From Actinomycetota bacterium (GTDB taxonomy: Bacteria; Actinomycetota; Acidimicrobiia; Acidimicrobiales; VFJN01): 40,323 bases of DNA. The stretch's first letter is position 1, and the number at the start of each line of letters is the position of its first letter. This document shows, one piece after another, positions 1 through 8,569 of the stretch. Under the pieces are notes generated by a model that saw only the letters and a list, made by a program, of their open reading frames with translations, was not told the DNA's origin and did no database searches. Location of the stretch: NCBI GenBank assembly GCA_046734695.1, contig JBKPRS010000222.1, positions 1-40,323 on the forward strand, read 5' to 3'. A program made the position numbers and the translations under genes.

Positions 1-31
1 GCTTCTACGGAACGAAAGTGGTGCTGTAACG

Positions 32-1069
32 ATGAGAGTGCTGGTCACGGGCCACAAGGGCTACATCGGCTCGGTCATGGTGCCGCTGCTCGTCGACGCA
101 GGTCACGAGGTGGTGGGGCTCGACACGGGCCTCTACGAAGCCTGCAGCTTCGGAGATCGCCGGCGTCAAGTCGCCGGCGTCCGGCTCGACATCCGGAATG
201 TCGAGCCCCACCATCTCGAAGGGTTCGAGGCCGTGCTCCACCTGGCTGCGCTGTCGAACGACCCATTGGGCGACCTCAACGCCCAGCTCACCTACGACAT
301 CAACCACCTGGCCTCGGTCAGGCTGGCCCGGGCAGCCCGCCAGGCCGGTGTCGAGCGGTTCCTGTTCGCCTCGTCGTGCAGCCTCTACGGCGCCAGCGGG
401 ACGGGAGAGCCGTTGACCGAGGACGCCCCGTTCAATCCGGTCACGCCGTACGGTGAGTCGAAGATCCTCGTCGAGCAGGACGTCACGCAGCTGGCCACCG
501 CGGACTTCAGCCCGGTGTTCTTCCGCAACGCCACGGCCTACGGGGTCTCGCCGCACCTGCGGGTCGACATCATGGTGAACAACCTCGTCGGCTACGCGGT
601 CACGACCGGCCAGGTCCTGATCAAGAGCGACGGGTCACCGTGGCGGCCGCTGGTCCACGTCGAGGACATCTGCCGGGCCTTCCTGGCCGCGCTCGAGGCC
701 GACCGCCCGCGCACGCACAACCAGGCGTTCAACGTCGGCATCACCGAGGAGAACTTCCGGGTGCGGGAGGTGGCCGAGATGGTCGAGGCCGTCACCGGCT
801 GCCAGGCCAGCTTCGCCGAGGGCGCCAGCGCCGACGCCCGGGACTACCGGGTGGACTTCGGCAGGATCCAGCGGGTGCTCCCGGAGTTCCAGCCGCGCTG
901 GACGGTCCAGAAGGGCGTCGAGGAGCTCTACGAGGCCTACCGGCGCTACGGCCTCACCGAGGACGAGTTCCTCGGCGGGCGCTACGTCCGGCTGAACGAG
1001 ATCAAGCGACTGCAGTCCGAGGGCCGCCTCGACGAGGAACTGCGCTGGACGGGAGTGAACGATGGCTAG
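32..1069 (+). CDS. NAD-dependent epimerase/dehydratase (extended SDR, nucleotide-sugar modifying)
   Basis: 345-aa ORF. It has an N-terminal Rossmann motif VLVTGHKGYIGS and a catalytic YGESK (YxxxK). It overlaps the next ORF by 8 nt. Confidence 0.9.
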   Translation: MRVLVTGHKGYIGSVMVPLLVDAGHEVVGLDTGLYEACSFGDRRRQVAGVRLDIRNVEPHHLEGFEAVLHLAALSNDPLGDLNAQLTYDINHLASVRLARAARQAGVERFLFASSCSLYGASGTGEPLTEDAPFNPVTPYGESKILVEQDVTQLATADFSPVFFRNATAYGVSPHLRVDIMVNNLVGYAVTTGQVLIKSDGSPWRPLVHVEDICRAFLAALEADRPRTHNQAFNVGITEENFRVREVAEMVEAVTGCQASFAEGASADARDYRVDFGRIQRVLPEFQPRWTVQKGVEELYEAYRRYGLTEDEFLGGRYVRLNEIKRLQSEGRLDEELRWTGVNDG

Positions 1070-2126
1070 CACCGCGGTGCAGATCCGGCCGGCGGCCTCG
1101 CGCGCCCGCCTCGACCTGAAGGTCGGGGACGTGGTCGTGGTCCGCTCGGAGGCCGAGATCCTGGCGACCCTGGACGAGCGGGGCGAGCTCGACGCCCTGC
1201 CCTTCATGCCCGAGATGCTCCAGTTCTGTGGCAAGCGGTTCACGGTCGACAAGGTCGCCCACAAGCTGTGCGACACGATGACCCGCAGCGGCATGCGCCG
1301 GATGCGCGACGCCGTGCACCTGGCCGGCGTCCGTTGCGATGCCGAGGCCCACGGCGGCTGCCAGACCGCCTGCCTCTTCTACTGGAAGGACGCCTGGCTC
1401 CGGCGGGCCGACACCGCCGTGGAGCCTGCGGCCCCGGCGGGCGAGCCGCAGGTCACGGCCGAGGACCTGTACGCGCTGGCGACCCGACCCGGCGAGACCG
1501 AGGGCGAGGTGCTGTACACCTGCCAGTCCACCGAGCTGCTCCGGGCCGCGCCCGAGCTGCTGCCGTTCAAGGACATGCGCCAGTACTTCGACGACGTCCG
1601 CTTCGGCAACGCCGGCGTGCTCGACGTCGTGCGGGCCTTCCTCGTCGGGCTGTTCAACCACCTCCAGGCGGTCAGCAGACGGGTGCTACCCCGGCGTCTG
1701 TGGTTCCGCGACGGCCTGCGGTGGCGGTTCGTCAAGGGCACGCTCACCAAGACCCCGACGGGCCACACCGATCTCCAGCCCGGAGAGCTCGTGCGCATCA
1801 AGTCCCAGGCCGAGATCGAGGCGACGCTCAGCAGGGACGGCCTGAACCGGGGTCTCGGCTTCGAGGAGGAGATGGCACGCCATTGCGGCCGTGAGGCGAG
1901 GGTGCTGCGCCGCGTGGACCGCTGCATCCAGGAGTCCACGGGCCGGATGCTGCAGATGAAGAACCCGTGCATCGTGCTCGAGGGCGTCATCTGCGAGGGC
2001 ACCTACACGGTGATGTGCCCACGCTCGATCTACGCGTTCTGGCGCGAGATCTGGCTGCAGCGTGTCGAGGAGCCGGCAGGCCCCCGGGCCGCAGGGGCGA
2101 GCGACCCCGCCGCCGAGACCGCCTGA
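1062..2126 (+). CDS. Hypothetical protein with an internally duplicated ~95-aa Cys-containing domain
   Basis: 354-aa ORF coupled to the epimerase. Two homologous segments share the pattern GD/E-V-V/I-S-AEI-ATL...G...F..EM...CG+...GV.C...C...W+..WL+R: LKVGDVVVVRSEAEILATLDERGELDALPFMPEMLQFCGKRF... and LQPGELVRIKSQAEIEATLSRDGLNRGLGFEEEMARHCGREA... I did not recognise a family. Confidence 0.75.
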   Translation: MASTAVQIRPAASRARLDLKVGDVVVVRSEAEILATLDERGELDALPFMPEMLQFCGKRFTVDKVAHKLCDTMTRSGMRRMRDAVHLAGVRCDAEAHGGCQTACLFYWKDAWLRRADTAVEPAAPAGEPQVTAEDLYALATRPGETEGEVLYTCQSTELLRAAPELLPFKDMRQYFDDVRFGNAGVLDVVRAFLVGLFNHLQAVSRRVLPRRLWFRDGLRWRFVKGTLTKTPTGHTDLQPGELVRIKSQAEIEATLSRDGLNRGLGFEEEMARHCGREARVLRRVDRCIQESTGRMLQMKNPCIVLEGVICEGTYTVMCPRSIYAFWREIWLQRVEEPAGPRAAGASDPAAETA

Positions 2127-2138
2127 CGGGGCCGCATC

Positions 2139-3065
2139 ATGTCCCGGATGGAGCCACTCGTCTCGATCGGTCTGCCGGTCCGCAACGGCGCGGGGACGGT
2201 CGGCCGGGCGATCCGGTCGGTGCTGGAGCAGGATCACGCCCGTCTCGAAGTCGTGATCTCCGACAACGCGTCCGATGACGGCACCGAGGCGATCTGCCGC
2301 GAGCTCGCGCGGTCCGACGAGCGGGTCCGCTACATTCGCCAGCCCGAGAACATCGGCCTGCTCCCCAACTTCTATGCCGTGCTCCACCAGGCGCGGGGCT
2401 CCTACTTCAAGTGGATGGGCGACGACGACTGGCTCACGCCGACCTTTGTCGGGCGGTGCGTCGCGATGTTCTCGGAAGACCCCGGGCTCCTCGTCGTCAC
2501 CACCCGGCAGGGCCACGTCCTGCCCGGGGGAGAGATCGAGTCGACCGGCTACGACCGCGCCGACCTGCGGTCGTCGCGGCCGCTGGAGCGGTTCAAGGGG
2601 CTGCTCTACGTGCTCGCCGAGAGCGATGTGGACCTCGACGTGCTGTACGGCATGGTGCGGCCCGGTCCCGTCGCTGCGCTGCCGCGGCCGGTAGTGATGA
2701 ACGAGGACCAGGTGTTCGCGGCGCGGCTGGCCCTGGCCGGCCCGTTCGGGCACATAGACGAGATCCTCTCCTTCCGCCACGCGCCGCCGTTCGGGACCCG
2801 CGCCGCGACGGCCCGCCGGCTCGGCATCCCGGTCTGGCAGGCGCGCGTGCCGAACCTCGTGATGTGCCGGGAGCTGTCCACCGCCGTGGCGGAGGCCAGG
2901 CTCGATCCCGGGGAACGTCGGGAGGCACGCGCGGCGATCAGGCACCTCTTCGTCCGCCGCCAGCAGATCACAGCCGCCCGCCGCGCCCGGAAGCTGGCCG
3001 GTCTGGTGGCGCGGCGCCCGGCGCGCGGGCTCGCGATCACTTCGGCATCACGCACCGGACACTGA
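2139..3065 (+). CDS. Glycosyltransferase family 2
   Basis: 308-aa ORF with the GT-A signature VSIGLPVRNGAGTVGRAIRSVLEQ...VVISDNASDDGT and a DxD-like WMGDDDW. Confidence 0.9.
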   Translation: MSRMEPLVSIGLPVRNGAGTVGRAIRSVLEQDHARLEVVISDNASDDGTEAICRELARSDERVRYIRQPENIGLLPNFYAVLHQARGSYFKWMGDDDWLTPTFVGRCVAMFSEDPGLLVVTTRQGHVLPGGEIESTGYDRADLRSSRPLERFKGLLYVLAESDVDLDVLYGMVRPGPVAALPRPVVMNEDQVFAARLALAGPFGHIDEILSFRHAPPFGTRAATARRLGIPVWQARVPNLVMCRELSTAVAEARLDPGERREARAAIRHLFVRRQQITAARRARKLAGLVARRPARGLAITSASRTGH

Positions 3066-3071
3066 CGCAGG

Positions 3072-3101
3072 GTCTCCAACTCTCACTCAGAGTGGCGAGA
3101 C
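3072..3101 (+). terminator. Candidate stem-loop after the GT2 gene (no T-tract)
   Basis: GTCTC(3072-3076) pairs with GAGAC(3097-3101) and ACTCT(3079-3083) pairs with AGAGT(3089-3093), starting 7 nt after the TGA. A second hairpin lies at 3121-3140 (atCACGAG-agtg-CTCGTGgt). It is not a canonical intrinsic terminator. Confidence 0.3.
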
Positions 3102-3150
3102 TCGACCGGGGTGACCAACGATCACGAGAGTGCTCGTGGTGACCACCGCA

Positions 3151-3204
3151 CTCAGCGCGGTTCTTCAGCCGCGGCTCAGCACTGCTTCAGCGGGCCTTTA
3201 AGCT
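3151..3204 (+). promoter_or_regulatory. Phased YTCAG direct-repeat array A plus a -10-like TAAGCT
   Basis: Sequence is CTCAGCgcggttCTTCAGCcgcggCTCAGCactgCTTCAGCgggccTTTAAGCT. TCAG cores sit at 3152, 3165, 3176 and 3187 (spacing 13, 11, 11). TAAGCT (TAnnnT) is at 3199-3204. The array lies in the 252-nt non-coding gap upstream of the flippase operon. Confidence 0.5.
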
Positions 3205-3317
3205 GGCGAGCCACACTGTGAGCACCGGATGACAAGTAAGGGCGGCCAGGTGTTCTCACCGCGACCAGCGACGCGCTCCCGCGTCGGCGCGAAGACAACG
3301 GCCCGGGCGGGCCAGGC

Positions 3318-5183
3318 GTGCCACGCCTCGTCGCGCCCCCGGTCCGGTGCTGCCCTTCCCGCAAGGGCGACAACGTGACAGCGGTGGTGCCGCGCGGCAC
3401 GCCGACGAGCCCTCCCGTCGCCGAGAAGCGCTCCTGGCCGGCCCCCGCTGCGCTCGACGCTGCGGTCGCGAGCGATCCCGCGCGACCCGCGCCGAGGGTG
3501 AGAGCGGATGCACGCGAGGCGGCACGCGGCCTGCACGATGCCGTGCAGGGGTCGGACCACAGCATCTACCGCGGCTCGCAATGGCGGCCCTTCACTGCGC
3601 CGGCCGAGCCCGATGGGGACGGCTCCACTCCCGAGCCGGCGACCGAGAGCATCGGGAAGGCCGCCGGCCGGGGGTTGCGCTGGAGCCTGATCGGTGCGTT
3701 CGTGGCGCGCGTCGGGGGCCTGGGTCTCGGCATGGTCCTGGCGCGGCTGCTCACCCCGGCGGACTTCGGGCTCTACGCGATCGCCCTGGGGGCGATGTAC
3801 TTCGTCATGCACGTCAACGACGTGGGGCTGATCGCCGCCACCGTCCAGTGGCGGGGCCGCATCGAGGAGATGGCACCGACCGCCACGACCCTCGCGGTGA
3901 CGTTCAGCGTCGTCATCTACGCCCTGTTCTTCGCGTTCGCCCCCGCGTTCGCGGGCCTGGCGGGGAACCCCGAAGCGGCGCCGATCGTCCGGTTGCTCAC
4001 GACCGTCATACTCATCGACGGGGTGACGGCCGTGCGGGCGGGTTACCTGGTGCGCACCTTCCAGCAGCAGCGCATCACCACCGCCAACCTGTTCGGGCTG
4101 ATGGCACAGGCCACGGTGGCGATCTCGCTGGCCGTGCACGGCGTGGGAGCGATGAGCTTCGCGGCGGGCCAGGTCAGCGGGGCGGTCGTCACCGGCGCGT
4201 TCGTCCTGTGGTCGGCGCACATGCCGTGGCGATTCGGCTTCGACCGCGCGATCGCCCGGCGGCTGATGACCTTCGGGATCCCGCTGGCCCTGGCCCTGGG
4301 CATCGAGGCCATCCTGATGAACGCGGACTACGTCATCGTGGGCCGCACCCTCGGGGCGACTGCGCTCGGGTTCTACCTGCTGGCGTTCAACATCTCGGGC
4401 TGGGCGCCCGGCGTGCTGGGCACCGCCATCCGCTGGGTCTCCATCCCGAGCTTCTCCCGGCTGTCCGAAGAGGAGGGCGCGCTGGCGCCGGCGGTGCACC
4501 GGTCGATCACGGTGCTGGTCAGCGCCGTCCTGCCCATCGGCTTCCTCACCGCCGTCCTCGCCCTGCCACTGATCCAGGTCCTGTACGGGCTGGAGTGGGT
4601 GCAGTCTGCGCCGGTGCTGCGCTTCCTGATCATCCTCGGCATCGCGCGGATGCTGACCCAGCTCTCGCTCGACATCCTGACCGGCGCCGGGGCGACGCGC
4701 GCCACCCTCTGGTTCAACCTCGGCTGGGCTGTGGCCCTGGTCCCGGCGCTCATCATCGGGACGCGGGTCGACGGGGTACGGGGGGCGGCGATCGCGCACT
4801 CCCTGGTGGCGCTGTTCGTGGCTCTGCCGCTCGCGTTCGCGGCGCTCCGGCGCATCGGGGTGACGCTCCTGCCGATCGCCCGCGGCCTGGTCCGCCCTCT
4901 GCTGGCGGCGGCGGCTGCCGCGGCGCTGAGCACCGCCGTCCGGGAACTGATCCCGGGATCGGCGTTCGTCCAGCTCGTCGCGACCGGCATCGTCGGTCTC
5001 GGCACCTATGCGCTGCTCGTCGTCCCGGCCGAGCAGCAGCGGAGGCTCGTGGACAAGGGTCGTGACCGGCTGCGGGCCCTGGGCGCACGCGGCGGCGTGA
5101 CCCCCGCGGTCGCGGGAGCGCCCGCCTCCGAGAGCGAGTACCGGCCGGCACACATGCGAAGCAGAGGAAGAGGTCGGCCATGA
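3318..5183 (+). CDS. Polysaccharide biosynthesis protein / Wzx-like oligosaccharide flippase (MOP superfamily)
   Basis: 621-aa ORF. From about residue 115 it is a multi-pass hydrophobic protein with the typical N-terminal pattern GLRWSLIGAFVARVGGLGLGMVLARLLTPADFGLYAIAL. The first ~110 codons are Ala/Pro/Arg-rich and may be leader. In-frame GTG alternatives lie at 3375, 3498 and 3543. Confidence 0.85.
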   Translation: MPRLVAPPVRCCPSRKGDNVTAVVPRGTPTSPPVAEKRSWPAPAALDAAVASDPARPAPRVRADAREAARGLHDAVQGSDHSIYRGSQWRPFTAPAEPDGDGSTPEPATESIGKAAGRGLRWSLIGAFVARVGGLGLGMVLARLLTPADFGLYAIALGAMYFVMHVNDVGLIAATVQWRGRIEEMAPTATTLAVTFSVVIYALFFAFAPAFAGLAGNPEAAPIVRLLTTVILIDGVTAVRAGYLVRTFQQQRITTANLFGLMAQATVAISLAVHGVGAMSFAAGQVSGAVVTGAFVLWSAHMPWRFGFDRAIARRLMTFGIPLALALGIEAILMNADYVIVGRTLGATALGFYLLAFNISGWAPGVLGTAIRWVSIPSFSRLSEEEGALAPAVHRSITVLVSAVLPIGFLTAVLALPLIQVLYGLEWVQSAPVLRFLIILGIARMLTQLSLDILTGAGATRATLWFNLGWAVALVPALIIGTRVDGVRGAAIAHSLVALFVALPLAFAALRRIGVTLLPIARGLVRPLLAAAAAAALSTAVRELIPGSAFVQLVATGIVGLGTYALLVVPAEQQRRLVDKGRDRLRALGARGGVTPAVAGAPASESEYRPAHMRSRGRGRP

Positions 5184-5319
5184 GCGTGCCGCGCGAGAGC
5201 CGTGAAAACGCAATGTGTGTGGGCCGCCGGGCCGCAGCCGGCAGCCCTATTGTCCGTTCAGCTGGGAAGACTTGCCGATGATCCCGGCCCCCGACTCCAT
5301 GTCCCACCAAGAGGAAGCC

Positions 5320-6366
5320 ATGTCTGCAACGAACCAGGATCCCGGAAGCCAGTCCTCCGGTGTGTCGATGGACCTGATGTCGCTGATGCGCCTGATGGCG
5401 CGTCACTGGCGCGTCACCGTCCCGGCCGCAGTGTTCACCCTCGTCGCGGTGGTGGGCGCCTTCGTCCTGAAGTCCCCGAGCTACGAGGCCGGCGCGTCGG
5501 TCGTGCTGTTCAGCCCCCCGTTGGTGTCGTCAGGGGAAGACGCCGTCCCCATCCCCGAGGGCTCCGGCGAGAACCCGTTCACCCGCTACGGGGACCTGTC
5601 CGTCGTGGCCGACATCGTGGCCCGGAAGATGAACGGCGAGGACATCGCAGCCGAGCTGAAGGCCGAGGGCGTCTCGGGCTACACGGTCGTCGCCAACAAG
5701 CTCCAGCGTGGACCGGTCATCGACGTCACCGGCACCGGACCGAACCCGGCTGCGGCCATCGGCTCGGCCAAGGCTGCGGTCGCCAAGTTCGACTCGGTGC
5801 TGACGGACCTGCAGGTGGCGGAGGGCGCCGATCCGAACTATCTCATCACCAGCGCTCCGGTCGAGCCGCCGGACACGGCGGTCGCCCAGGTCGGCAGCAC
5901 CGTGCGCACGGGCATCGCCCTGCTCGCTCTCGGCGGCCTGGGCACGCTCGGGCTCGCCGTCGCCGCCGAGGCGTTCAATCGCCGGCGCGGCGTCTCCGGC
6001 GACCCCGCATCGCTCCCTGAGGTCTCGTCCGATCCGGCACCGGTGACGGCGGACGATCACGCGCAGTCGCCCGGTGTCACGGTTCGTCCCGCCGTCTGGC
6101 GGATGCGCGACCCCGCGGACGAACTCGCCGACCCGCCCTCGCGCACGGCGTTCTCCGCGACGGAGCAGGCCTCTGATCCCGGCGGGGACGCCCCGACCGA
6201 CCTGGCCAACGGCGCGCGCCGGTCGGGCCCGCGGATCAAGGTGGTCCCGCCTGCAGAGCGACCCGCGGGGAGTCAACCGGGCTGGACTGTCTGGCGACCG
6301 TCAACGCTGGCGGTCGCACCTGACAGCAACGGGCACGAGAAGCCGGCGACCGACCGGAAGTCGTGA
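5320..6366 (+). CDS. Wzz-like chain-length determinant / polysaccharide co-polymerase (no kinase domain)
   Basis: The ORF track gives 5215..6366. I prefer the ATG at 5320, which is preceded by GAGGAAG (5311-5317). TM1 is WRVTVPAAVFTLVAVVGAFVL. A large extracytoplasmic segment follows, then a Pro-rich motif before TM2 (SAPVEPPDTAV...RTGIALLALGGLGTLGLAVAA), then a ~120-aa Pro/Ser/Asp-rich tail. Confidence 0.7.
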   Translation: MSATNQDPGSQSSGVSMDLMSLMRLMARHWRVTVPAAVFTLVAVVGAFVLKSPSYEAGASVVLFSPPLVSSGEDAVPIPEGSGENPFTRYGDLSVVADIVARKMNGEDIAAELKAEGVSGYTVVANKLQRGPVIDVTGTGPNPAAAIGSAKAAVAKFDSVLTDLQVAEGADPNYLITSAPVEPPDTAVAQVGSTVRTGIALLALGGLGTLGLAVAAEAFNRRRGVSGDPASLPEVSSDPAPVTADDHAQSPGVTVRPAVWRMRDPADELADPPSRTAFSATEQASDPGGDAPTDLANGARRSGPRIKVVPPAERPAGSQPGWTVWRPSTLAVAPDSNGHEKPATDRKS

Positions 6367-8513
6367 TCACCGTCGCGGATCGCCGTTCCGATCCCGCCAT
6401 CCTGACGGGAATCGTGCGTGATGGCTGGCGGGCCTTCACGCCCGTCATCGTCATCCAGCTGTACGTGATCCTGCTGGTCCTGATCCCGCCCACCGAGATC
6501 TTCGAGCCTCTGGGCGCGGCGGGAACGCCCGCGACCGTGCTCGGCTTCGTGGCGCTGCTGCAGTGGACCGTGGCGGTGCTGACGCCGGGCGAGGGCCTCG
6601 CCCGGACCGTGGTGCCCGTGCGCGTCGTCCTGGGTCTGCTCGTGACCACGTTCATGCTGCGGTACGCCCTGATGCACCTCAGCTACAACCCGATGGCCGC
6701 GATCACCGGTTCCGATGTGCTCCTGCTCCGGATCTTCTCGTGGGCAGGTATCGCCCTCCTCGCCGCCGAGGGCTTGCATGACAGAGCCGAGATCCAGCGT
6801 GTCCTGCGGACCTTGGTCGGGGCGGTCGCCGCCATGGCCGTCATCGGCTTCCTCCAGTTCCGGGCCGGGATCGATCTCACGACCTACCTGAGGAAGATCC
6901 CCGGCCTGCACGAGAACGCGGACCTCATCACGATCCAGGCCCGCGGGGGCTTCCGCCGGCCGTCCGGCACGGCCACCCACCCGATCGAGTTCGGCTGCGT
7001 CATCGCCATGGTGCTGCCGCTCGCCCTCCACCTGGCGCGCTTCGATTCCGTCCGGACGAAGGCCCGCCGCTGGTTCCCGGTGGCCATGATCGCGATCGGG
7101 ATCCCGGTGGCCGTGTCCCGGTCGGCGATCCTCGGCGCAGTCGTGGCCGGCATCGTCATCTTCCTCGGCCTGGAGCCGCGGCTCCGGCCCAAGGCGTTGA
7201 TGTCCGTCGCCGTCTTCCTCGTGCTGATCTACGCCACGACGCCGGGGCTGCTCGGCACGCTGCGAGGCTTCTTCCTCTCCACCGGGTCGGATTCCCGTAC
7301 CGACGACTACGGGCCCGCACTCGCGCTCATCCGGAAGGCAGTCTGGTTCGGGCACGGGCCCGGAAGCTTCATCGCGAACAGCGACATGGGCAACGTCCTC
7401 GACAACCAGGCCCTCGGGACCCTGATCGAGGTCGGGGTGATCGGCCTGGCGATCGTGGTCACCTACCTCCTCGCCGCTGCGTTCCTGGGCCGGGGCGCGC
7501 GCCATCGAGCCCCCGACCGGGCGACCCGCGACCTCGGCCAGGCGCTCGCCGCGGCGAGCATCTCCGGCACGGTCACGAGCTACACCTTCGACTCGCTCGC
7601 GTTCCGGATGTTCGCGGGCATCATCCCGCTCTGCCTCGGCATCGCCGGCGCGCTGTGGGTGATGACGCGGCTGGAGTACCCGAGCCCGGGGCGCGGCGGG
7701 ACCGTGGCGGCCCCCGCAGTGCCGGCAGTCGCCGCGGCCGCACCCATCGGCGTCGCACCGGCCGCGGCCGCACCCGCCGCGACGGTCGCACCCGCGGCGA
7801 CCGTCGGCGGCAACGCCCCGGACGAGCAGGCCGACCCGGTGCCGGCCTTGGCAGCCGCCCCGGAACCGACCGCCGACACGACGGTCATCGACCTCAGCGA
7901 CAGGATGGCGTTGCCTGAGCCGGGTCCCGAGGAGGCTCTGGACGACGACGCCATCCCCGAGCCCGACGGGGACGGCGGGACCGTCGACGATGCCGGCCCG
8001 GGCCTCGATCCGCCCTTGCAGCCCGTCCACCGCACCGGCACGGGTGACCTGCGCCGCGTCGCCAAGTTGATCTGGGCCGCGGGCGCGGTCATGGTGCTCC
8101 TGGGACTGCCGTTGTTCATCGAGCGGAGCGACGGCGGGCGGGTCGACCAGGTGGGCGTGCACGGCGGCGGATCCGGTGTCCTGCCGCCGGACGTGCCCTC
8201 GACGACGTTCATCGGCCAGCCGTCCGGCAAGGACGTCGGGTTGCAGGGAGGCGGGCAGTCGCGGGGGAGCACCACGGGCGGCGGGAGCCGGACGACGGTG
8301 AGCCGCGGGGCGACGACCACGGTTCCCACCCGTACGTCGGCCGGGGGAACGGTGCCCGGCGGACCGACCGCGACCACGGCGCCGTCGAGCCCGACCACCG
8401 CGCCGTCGACGCCGACGACGGAACCACCTCCCACGACGGAGCCGCCGCCCACGACCACCACGACGACGGAGCCGCCCACCACGACCACCACGACGACAGA
8501 ACCACCGCCCTGA
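6363..8513 (+). CDS. O-antigen ligase/polymerase-like (Wzy family) membrane protein with a long low-complexity C-terminal extension
   Basis: 716-aa ORF whose GTG overlaps the upstream TGA (GTGA at 6363-6366). It has many TM helices, Wzy_C-like segments (RSAILGAVVAGIVIFLG, FGHGPGSF), then an Ala/Pro-rich linker, one more TM (VAKLIWAAGAVMVLLGLPLFI) and a Gly/Thr/Pro tail. Confidence 0.8.
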   Translation: MITVADRRSDPAILTGIVRDGWRAFTPVIVIQLYVILLVLIPPTEIFEPLGAAGTPATVLGFVALLQWTVAVLTPGEGLARTVVPVRVVLGLLVTTFMLRYALMHLSYNPMAAITGSDVLLLRIFSWAGIALLAAEGLHDRAEIQRVLRTLVGAVAAMAVIGFLQFRAGIDLTTYLRKIPGLHENADLITIQARGGFRRPSGTATHPIEFGCVIAMVLPLALHLARFDSVRTKARRWFPVAMIAIGIPVAVSRSAILGAVVAGIVIFLGLEPRLRPKALMSVAVFLVLIYATTPGLLGTLRGFFLSTGSDSRTDDYGPALALIRKAVWFGHGPGSFIANSDMGNVLDNQALGTLIEVGVIGLAIVVTYLLAAAFLGRGARHRAPDRATRDLGQALAAASISGTVTSYTFDSLAFRMFAGIIPLCLGIAGALWVMTRLEYPSPGRGGTVAAPAVPAVAAAAPIGVAPAAAAPAATVAPAATVGGNAPDEQADPVPALAAAPEPTADTTVIDLSDRMALPEPGPEEALDDDAIPEPDGDGGTVDDAGPGLDPPLQPVHRTGTGDLRRVAKLIWAAGAVMVLLGLPLFIERSDGGRVDQVGVHGGGSGVLPPDVPSTTFIGQPSGKDVGLQGGGQSRGSTTGGGSRTTVSRGATTTVPTRTSAGGTVPGGPTATTAPSSPTTAPSTPTTEPPPTTEPPPTTTTTTEPPTTTTTTTEPPP
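8413..8510 (+). repeat. Coding tandem repeat (ACGACGGARCCNCC.../ACGACCACC) encoding TTEPPP/TTTTTTEPP
   Basis: The protein tail reads TPTTEPPPTTEPPPTTTTTTEPPTTTTTTTEPPP*. The DNA shows imperfect tandem copies of acgacggagccgcc(g)cccacgaccaccacg. Confidence 0.6.
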
Positions 8514-8569
8514 CGGGCTGAAGGCGGGCAGGCGAACTTGGAAGCAGGACGAGAGGGCGGAGGCTGACG

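Noticed and set aside
5-556. A 183-aa minus-strand ORF at the window start
   Set aside because: It is antisense to the SDR epimerase, whose Rossmann and YxxxK motifs are clear, and its composition is typical of a spurious GC-rich ORF.
1058-1075. An identical ATGGCTAGC stop/start overlap junction at 1062-1070 and again at 13888-13896, with both downstream proteins starting MAS
   Set aside because: Only 9 nt are shared and the flanking sequences differ. This is most simply a coincidence of an ATG..TAG 8-nt overlap rather than a repeat element or recombination scar.
8413-8510. A short tandem repeat, considered as a possible CRISPR-like or mobile-element repeat
   Set aside because: The repeats are contiguous with no spacers, they are in frame, and they encode a Thr/Pro low-complexity tail of the Wzy-like protein. 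No cas or transposase genes are present.
8514-8569. A single GCTGAAG in the wzy/acyltransferase gap, considered as a fifth YTCAG array
   Set aside because: There is only one unit, it is in the antisense orientation relative to the downstream gene, and it has no 11-nt-phased partners. Isolated CTGAAG/CTTCAG hexamers also occur inside coding regions (for example near 1111, 5471 and 5655), so a single copy is not informative.
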